From: an uncultured delta proteobacterium
Lineage (GTDB): Bacteria; Desulfobacterota; BSN033; UBA1163
Direction of reading: 5' to 3'
DNA: 64,000 nt
Assembly: GCA_963827685.1 (NCBI GenBank)
Contig: CAWHBU010000004.1
Location: forward strand, 448,001 to 512,000
In this document: piece after piece, positions 57,926 through 64,000 of the stretch
Layout of the letters: every line of letters starts with the position of its first letter
Numbering within the stretch: position 1 is the first letter of the stretch
The notes under the pieces: model-generated
Database searches by the model: none
Seen by the model: the letters and a program-made list of their open reading frames with translations, nothing else
What the model was told of the DNA's origin: nothing
Made by a program: the position numbers and the translations under genes

Positions 57926-58474
57926 ATGGAAATGCATGAAGTAATCGCAAAGAGGAGAACAATTCGCATTTTTAAGAAGAAAGCTTCGGAAGAACAGCTC
58001 AAGAAAATTATTCTGGCGGGCACCCAGGCACCCTCAGCCGGAAATTCTCAGCCCTGGGAGTTCATTATTATTGATGATCAAAAGACTATCGATCAAATTG
58101 CGGAACGAAAGTATCAGCTTAGCTTAACGATGCCTCCTCGTGCTGGAGAAGGACAGGATAAAGTTCAAGAGAGGGCGGTCGGTCAGAGGAAATCATTCGA
58201 GAATGCGAGTGCTGTTGCAGTCTGCCATCAGAAAGGGGCGGCGGCAAGTGCCTGGCTTTGCATCGAAAATATGTCTTTGGTTGCGGTTGCCGATGGTTTG
58301 GGAAGTGGGATCGTGGTCTTTTGGGGGGAGCAGGAAAAGGAGGTTAAAAAAATCCTTGGTATTCCAGAAGATTATGAGTTAGCTGCCATTCTGAAGATCG
58401 GGGAACCAGGGGAGAAACCCTCTCTTCCTCCGAAGCGATCCGAATTCAGTTGGTTACACAGAAACAGGTTTTAA
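57926..58474 (+). CDS. Nitroreductase family protein
   Basis: 'RRTIRIF', 'APSAGNSQPWEFII', 'ENMSL...GLGS'. Confidence 0.92.
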   Translation: MEMHEVIAKRRTIRIFKKKASEEQLKKIILAGTQAPSAGNSQPWEFIIIDDQKTIDQIAERKYQLSLTMPPRAGEGQDKVQERAVGQRKSFENASAVAVCHQKGAAASAWLCIENMSLVAVADGLGSGIVVFWGEQEKEVKKILGIPEDYELAAILKIGEPGEKPSLPPKRSEFSWLHRNRF

Positions 58475-58620
58475 TAAATGAAAACGGACTCCGGTGTCAG
58501 GACTACACTATTCACAAGTTCTTGGGTCAGGCATTGGTAATTCGGTAAAGGCTCTCTTATTTCTTTTGATCCCTGCGCTAATCCCTTTATTTTAAATTAA
58601 ATCGAGGAGGCTCGGAAATC

Positions 58621-59400
58621 ATGAAAATGAAATCGCTATCTATAGCAATCTTGGTGTTGCTGCTGGTGGCATTCGGCGACAAGATGGTTTTTGGACAAGC
58701 TGTTGGAGCTGGTGGGGAAACGCAAGGTGCCAAGACTCAAAGCATGAATGCCTTAATCAGTCAGGCTCAAAATGCCCTGAATGCCAAGAACTGGCAGGAG
58801 GCCATAAACCTTTTCCAACAACTCATTGTTGCTGATCCTAACCGGTGGGAGTTCTTTCAGGCGCTGGGAAATGCGCAACTCAATCTCGGACGATATGAAG
58901 ATTCTGTCCGTAGCTATGAAAAAGGGGTCCAGGTGGCCCAGAAGGTGCTCTCTGGCTCCGCCCCTAAAGATGTACGAAATCCCGGCTCTGATCCTGCCAA
59001 GGCGAAGTCCGGGATAAGCCAGATGTTGATCGGAGAAGGAAATGCGTACCTTAAACTGCGTAAGAACAATGAGGCGATCGCTGCCTTCAGCAAGGCTGCA
59101 GAAATGTCCGACAATCCTGCCACCGCCTATTTCAATCTCTGCGCGACTCAGTATAACGTTGGCAACATGGAGGGGGCAGAGGTGGCCTGCGACAAGGCCA
59201 TCGCCGCCAACCCTACTAAAGCCGATGCCTACTTCATTAAGGGATCGGCAATGTTCGGAAGGGGCAAGCTCGATGCCCGTAACAAGTATGTGGTTCCTGA
59301 CGGAACTGCAGTTATGTTGAAGAAGTATCTGGAGCTTTCTCCTGGCGGCGCCCATGCTAACGATGTAAAAGCAATGTTGGAGGCGATAGGAGTCAAATAG
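58621..59400 (+). CDS. Exported tetratricopeptide repeat protein
   Basis: Signal peptide and several TPR units ('ALGNAQLNLGRYEDS', 'AYFNL', 'ADAYFIKG'). Confidence 0.88.
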   Translation: MKMKSLSIAILVLLLVAFGDKMVFGQAVGAGGETQGAKTQSMNALISQAQNALNAKNWQEAINLFQQLIVADPNRWEFFQALGNAQLNLGRYEDSVRSYEKGVQVAQKVLSGSAPKDVRNPGSDPAKAKSGISQMLIGEGNAYLKLRKNNEAIAAFSKAAEMSDNPATAYFNLCATQYNVGNMEGAEVACDKAIAANPTKADAYFIKGSAMFGRGKLDARNKYVVPDGTAVMLKKYLELSPGGAHANDVKAMLEAIGVK

Positions 59401-59517
59401 GCGCCATACCTAATGGACTGAAGGCCAGGTTTTTACTTTTAATCAAGGGGGGCGTTCATAAAATTATAAGAATGTTAAAAGGGATTTAGGTCATCCATAA
59501 AAAAGGAGGAAATCCAT

Positions 59518-59814
59518 TTGATCAAAAAACTATTTTCCTTTCTCGTAGCGAAGCTGAAGGGTTCTCCCAAAGTGGTTGGGGAGATCATGTATGGACTGTT
59601 GCTCCATGAGACGGTTCTGGTAATGAAAAAGGAAAGAGGGCACCTGGATAACCTCTTTATGCTGGTCATCTATGGAGATCTGATCGGTCTTCCTCTGCTT
59701 CCACCTTTTTATTCTTTGCGATTGCTGCCGCATATCCTCCCCTCTGTTAAAACATGGAAAAGGAGGGTTCTGAGAGAAAAGGATCTGACCGATTTCGTAG
59801 CACATGATCTTTAA
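59518..59814 (+). CDS. Small hypothetical protein
   Basis: RBS AAGGAGG; conserved-looking 'LFML..YGDLIGLP..PPFYSLRLLP'. Confidence 0.65.
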   Translation: MIKKLFSFLVAKLKGSPKVVGEIMYGLLLHETVLVMKKERGHLDNLFMLVIYGDLIGLPLLPPFYSLRLLPHILPSVKTWKRRVLREKDLTDFVAHDL

Positions 59815-60057
59815 TAAGTGATTGGACCTAAGTCATTGGGGACGGGTTATTATTTTAGAATGCGGAATGCAGATTGCGCCTGCCTGCGGTAGCCAGAGAG
59901 TTCGGAATTGTTTTTATCCATTAGGTCAAGAATCAATATGGACATCAAGCTTGATGATGCACTGTAGGGGGAATTGAGTTATCTGTCTCTGATTACTCCG
60001 CTGCTCATACTGTGTCCCTCATGTTGCACTGACCAATAAACCAATAATAGAAATAAG

Positions 60058-61359
60058 ATGATCACTAAGAAGAATCGGGCTACACCGGATATCATTGTTG
60101 TGGGGGGAGGTGCTGCCGGCATGATGGCAGCGGGGCGCGCAGCGGAGCGGGGCGCGAAAGTAATACTCGTTGAAAAGACACACCGTCTGGGGAACAAATT
60201 GCTCCTGACGGGCGGTGGCCGGTGCAACATCACCAACAAGGCTGGCCTCAAGGAATTCGTTAATGCCTTTGGGAAGAATGGCAGATTTCTCTATCGGGCA
60301 TTCACCGTATTTTCGAACAGCGATTTGATCAATTTCTTCAGTTCCCGTGGACTGGAAATGAGGGTTGATCCTGACGGGAAGGTCTTCCCCGCCGATCATC
60401 GTGCCGAAAGCGTGCTTGCCGTATTGCGTCAATATATAGATGACCACCACGTTCGTATCCTTCACAATACCGTCGTAGCAAAACTTATTTTTCAGTCCGG
60501 AGAAAGCTTACGCGCTGGCGGTGTCAGATGTGCCGACCACAGCGTGTTGGATGCCGGAAAAGTAATTGTTGCCGCGGGCGGCATGTCGTATCCGAAGACC
60601 GGATCTTCCGGCGACGGGTACAAGCTGGCAAGACAATGCGGACATTCCATTGTGCCGCTGAGGCCAGGTCTCGTCGCGCTTGAGTCGGACGAGCCATTTC
60701 TTCAGGAATTGCAGGGGATAACGCTTAAAGACATTTCGCTTTCCGTGTGGGTGGACGGAAAAAAGAAGGTTTCAGAGAAGGGCGACATCCTGTTCACACA
60801 TTTTGGTGTATCAGGCCCAACCGTGCTTATTCTTAGTGGGATCGTTATCGATGCGCTGGCTGCTGGCAGCCCTGTCGCCCTTTCACTGCAATTAAGGCCG
60901 GCTCATACAGTTCAAGAACTTGACCCTATTCTTCAGCGGGAGTTTGAGTCCTGCGGGACCGTCACCCTTTCACAGTATTTGAAAGATGCTCTGCCAAAAT
61001 CGTTCGCGCTGCTCTTTGAACGCCGGTGCGCCGCCGAGCCGGGTAAGCGGTGTAGTAAAATCAGCCGGGAGGAGCGGAAAAGAATCGTCTTATGCCTTAC
61101 AGATTTCAGAATAAATATAACAAAACCGAGGCCCATTGAAGAGGCGACCATCACGCGGGGGGGCGTATCGTTAGAAGAAATAAATCCCCAGACAATGGAG
61201 TCGCGGAGAGTGCATGGTTTATTTTTTTGCGGCGAGATGATTGATGTGGATGGAACGACTGGAGGGTATAACCTGCAGGCTGCATTTTCCACGGGATACC
61301 TCGCCGGAGAATCGGCAGCCGGAGCAGACAAAAAGGGGGCAGGCCGGGTCTTGAATTAA
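60058..61359 (+). CDS. HI0933/BaiN-family NAD(P)/FAD-dependent oxidoreductase
   Basis: 'GGGAAG', 'GGGRCNITN', 'LFTHFGVSGP', 'TRGGV', 'GGYNLQAA'. Confidence 0.93.
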   Translation: MITKKNRATPDIIVVGGGAAGMMAAGRAAERGAKVILVEKTHRLGNKLLLTGGGRCNITNKAGLKEFVNAFGKNGRFLYRAFTVFSNSDLINFFSSRGLEMRVDPDGKVFPADHRAESVLAVLRQYIDDHHVRILHNTVVAKLIFQSGESLRAGGVRCADHSVLDAGKVIVAAGGMSYPKTGSSGDGYKLARQCGHSIVPLRPGLVALESDEPFLQELQGITLKDISLSVWVDGKKKVSEKGDILFTHFGVSGPTVLILSGIVIDALAAGSPVALSLQLRPAHTVQELDPILQREFESCGTVTLSQYLKDALPKSFALLFERRCAAEPGKRCSKISREERKRIVLCLTDFRINITKPRPIEEATITRGGVSLEEINPQTMESRRVHGLFFCGEMIDVDGTTGGYNLQAAFSTGYLAGESAAGADKKGAGRVLN

Positions 61360-61383
61360 AGAGTATCGAAAGGAGGATAGATC

Positions 61384-61872
61384 ATGAGACGATATCCATG
61401 GGTATGTACCGTTATTGCCGTAACGCTCGTCTTCAGTCTGTTCATTATTGGGTATGGGCCGAGCAGGGGCAGCAGCAATGATGACCGCTCGACCATGACC
61501 ACAGAGACCTGGAAATCGATTGTTGATCGCGGTGGTGGCAAAGGGGTTTGGACTTTGACTAAGAAATCAGATGGGACGGTGACCGTTACCGGAGAGTGGA
61601 CGTATCTAAACTCCACTACGTGTCCTTTCACTGGAGGAAGCGTGCCCCTCTCGGGCCCTGTTCTTTTGTTCACCGCTACGGGCACAGCGACGAATCCTTC
61701 CGCCCCCCCAGGATATCAGGATTCTCCATTTACCCTCAAAGTCAAGGGTATATTGAAGGACGGAAGGGGGAGTGGAACATATACCATAACCTTCTCAACT
61801 CCAGCGTGGTCGTCAGGTTTTTCAGGGGAATGGACAGCGACACGGACAGAAGGTAAAGGCGTAACAGAATAA
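61384..61872 (+). CDS. Hypothetical exported beta-rich protein
   Basis: RBS AAGGAGG, N-terminal hydrophobic segment, Gly/Thr-rich strands. Confidence 0.7.
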   Translation: MRRYPWVCTVIAVTLVFSLFIIGYGPSRGSSNDDRSTMTTETWKSIVDRGGGKGVWTLTKKSDGTVTVTGEWTYLNSTTCPFTGGSVPLSGPVLLFTATGTATNPSAPPGYQDSPFTLKVKGILKDGRGSGTYTITFSTPAWSSGFSGEWTATRTEGKGVTE

Positions 61873-61904
61873 TCAACAGAAAGTACAAATAGGATACGGG
61901 GCCG

Positions 61905-62230
61905 GGTCTTGACGGCCTGTTGCTCAAAAGCCCAATTCAAAAATATCTGAAAATTTAAGTTTCGATGAATGATAGCCGGGGGTAAATAGAACCAAATAGC
62001 ACCATTTGGCCAATTTTAAAGCTCATCAGCTCCTTAAAATCTGAAAAAGACCTTATCTCCCTTGTCACAGCCCCTTTGATCTGCTCCATCATTACCGATG
62101 GACTTCTCTTTAGGTAAGATCCATACCTCAGCAAAACCTCAATGTTCTGGACAGCAGAGATCAGGTATTCCTGTATCTGCACCCGCCAAAGCCCTCTCCA
62201 TCGTGCCCGGTCATATCCATACCGGACTTG
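61905..62230 (-). pseudogene. 3' remnant of an IS1182-like transposase with its right end
   Basis: 'RYGYDRARWRGLWRVQIQEYLISAVQNI' resembles the IS1182/IS5-type DDE C-terminus; no N-terminal part. Confidence 0.65.
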
Positions 62231-62523
62231 CGGCGAGACTGGGACGTAGTTGAAAATTAACACTTTTCCCCCTTCTGCATTACATTTGTGAGTGGGTATC
62301 ATCCATAAAAAGGTTGGCCCTGCAAACAAGAGATCGCAAAGAGCATGGCGCATAGAGCATAGCGCATCACAGACATTTATATGAGGAGATAAGGAGATAG
62401 TATAATAATAGATTGCGGATTGTGGAATGCAAATTGTAAAAACGAATTTCAAAGTCATTGGGACATTTGGGATATTCCATAAGTAAGTCCTGGTAGAACT
62501 CCGAAGACAACTTAAAAATTGCG

Positions 62524-62700
62524 ATGTTAACTTTGAGGAAGAAGATTGCCGAAGCCTTGGAAGGAGAATCTCTTGATTTGCGGGAGATTTCGCAATTGTT
62601 CGGGATCAAAGAAAAAGAAGTTCTTGATCATCTCATGCATATTGAAAAGTCAGTACATCACAGGGGCTTTACTGAAGTGGCTATAGTGTCACACTATTGA
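62524..62700 (+). pseudogene. Truncated HTH transcriptional regulator (family normally with a C-terminal Zn ribbon)
   Basis: MLTLRKKIAEALEGESLDLREISQLFGIKEKEVLDHLMHIEKS..., ending at a CACACTATTGACA motif with no Cys pairs. Confidence 0.5.
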
Positions 62701-62846
62701 CATATAATTCTACTTTGGGATGTTCCTACATTCATTGAAGCAGTTTAGGATAAGGAAAGTGGCAAAGAATAAAAACGAAATATTAAGATTTCAAAAGAGG
62801 CTGTTATATAAGTGTAAAGTGTAGGCCTGACACTTTAATGTACACT

Positions 62847-63677
62847 CTAATGTAAATTTAATATCTTTCTCGCTTCCGCGGGAGTTGCAATTTCCCTTCC
62901 GAATTCACGAGCGATTATTTTTGCTTTCTCAACAAAATCAACGTTTGATTTGGCCAGCACTCCCTTCGAGAGATAAATATTGTCTTCCATACCTACTCTA
63001 ATATGGCCGCCGGTAATTACAGTCATGTACATTATTGTAAGATACGCCGCTCCTATCCCGAACGCGGAGAATGTTGAACCAGCAGGCAGCTGGCTTTTTA
63101 AATGCATAAAATTTTCTATGGTTGCCGTCATACCGCCTGGCGCGCCAAGGCAAAGCTGAAAGTGGAGGGGCGCTTTAATAAAATCTCTGCTGTAATAATA
63201 CAGCGAATTGTAAAGCATTCCTGTATCAAATATTTCCAGCTCAGGCTTAATATTATTTTCAATTGCAAGCTTACCCAAATTTTCAAGAAACACCGGTGGA
63301 TTAAGAAAAACAGTTGTATTCATCCAATTCATCGATCCCGCGTCATAAGAACACATCTCTGGTTTTAAATTTATTAGTTGTTTTGTTCTGTCTTCAAAGG
63401 TAAGGTTTGGATCCACAGACCCTGATGTTGTCAAATTAAGGACTATATCGCAGTCTTTTTTTGCTCTGATCAGGTTGACCGTCTCTTTAAAAGTTTCATA
63501 TTTCATCGAAGGCGCTTCATCTTCCCCTCTTACGTGTATATGTGCTATGGCAGCTCCCGCCTTCCAGCACGCATAAACCTCTTCTGCTATTTCTTTCGGC
63601 TTTGTGGGCACATATGGAGTATTTTGTTTCTTAGGCCATGCTCCGGTAGGAGCTACAGTAATTATACATTTGTTCAT
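62847..63677 (-). CDS. 3-keto-5-aminohexanoate cleavage enzyme family (BKACE/DUF849)
   Basis: 'IITVAPTG', 'AGAAIAHIHVR', 'KPELEIFD', 'GGHIRVGMEDN', 'ATPAEAR'; AT-rich. Confidence 0.93.
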   Translation of the reverse strand: MNKCIITVAPTGAWPKKQNTPYVPTKPKEIAEEVYACWKAGAAIAHIHVRGEDEAPSMKYETFKETVNLIRAKKDCDIVLNLTTSGSVDPNLTFEDRTKQLINLKPEMCSYDAGSMNWMNTTVFLNPPVFLENLGKLAIENNIKPELEIFDTGMLYNSLYYYSRDFIKAPLHFQLCLGAPGGMTATIENFMHLKSQLPAGSTFSAFGIGAAYLTIMYMTVITGGHIRVGMEDNIYLSKGVLAKSNVDFVEKAKIIAREFGREIATPAEARKILNLH

Positions 63678-64000
63678 GGAAATCCTCCTCAGAAAAAACT
63701 TTCAATTGATAAAAATTCGTTTAATGAAGCATTATAGTCCGATCATTTCGAAGATTATTTCATGGATCTTGGTCATGGTCTTATTTGAGAAGCCAAGGTT
63801 TGAATACTGTATTGGGAGGTTGACGCCCAGCTGGTCCAGAAAATTATCCCATAAATCAATCCATACCCTCTTTTGACAAACTCCACCGCTTTCTATCCGA
63901 CAAATCGGGGCAAACAAATACCTGGCCGCGGCACCAGAAATAATGAAAAAAGACTCACCAATTCGGCTGACAGAAACGTAAGGACGCCTGTAATTATATC

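Noticed and set aside
55329-62320. Recurring ~23-bp motif as a CRISPR array
   Set aside because: Spacing is hundreds to thousands of bp and irregular, with whole genes between copies; no cas genes
63732-64000. Short minus-strand ORF at the window end
   Set aside because: No recognisable motif and context is cut off

Overview
Bacterial chromosomal or metagenomic segment. Gene content and order (ccsA-hemA-hemC-hemD, mreBCD-mrdA-rodA, lon-era-rodZ, AddAB-like pair, recD2) suggest a deltaproteobacterial (Desulfobacterota-like) anaerobe; this taxonomic call is inference. Housekeeping blocks fill about 0-4.3 kb and 9.7-43 kb. There are two accessory regions. (1) 4.4-9.5 kb: an FRG-domain gene, a fused restriction-modification enzyme, and an apparent orphan integron cassette (attC-like site, no intI in the window) encoding a HEPN-like protein. 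(2) about 43.3-62.8 kb: a defence island followed by a patchwork of single genes. The island holds hicB with a truncated hicA, a coupled Dam-type methylase/HerA ATPase/Zn-finger NurA operon behind a sigma54+IHF-like site, a 3TM protein/HAD phosphatase pair, an HNH nuclease, and a CBASS locus (3TM effector, CD-NTase, E2-SEC-C) divergent from CapH/CapP-like regulators. The patchwork includes an AbrB-PIN toxin-antitoxin pair. The methylase-HerA-NurA operon is my best candidate for an undescribed system. Intergenic DNA is rich in small palindromic elements, some nested four deep and one inserted in frame in the addA-like gene. One complete ISLre2/ISKra4-type IS and several transposase remnants are present. 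I recognised no rRNA, tRNA or CRISPR array. All calls come from reading motifs by eye; no database search was run.
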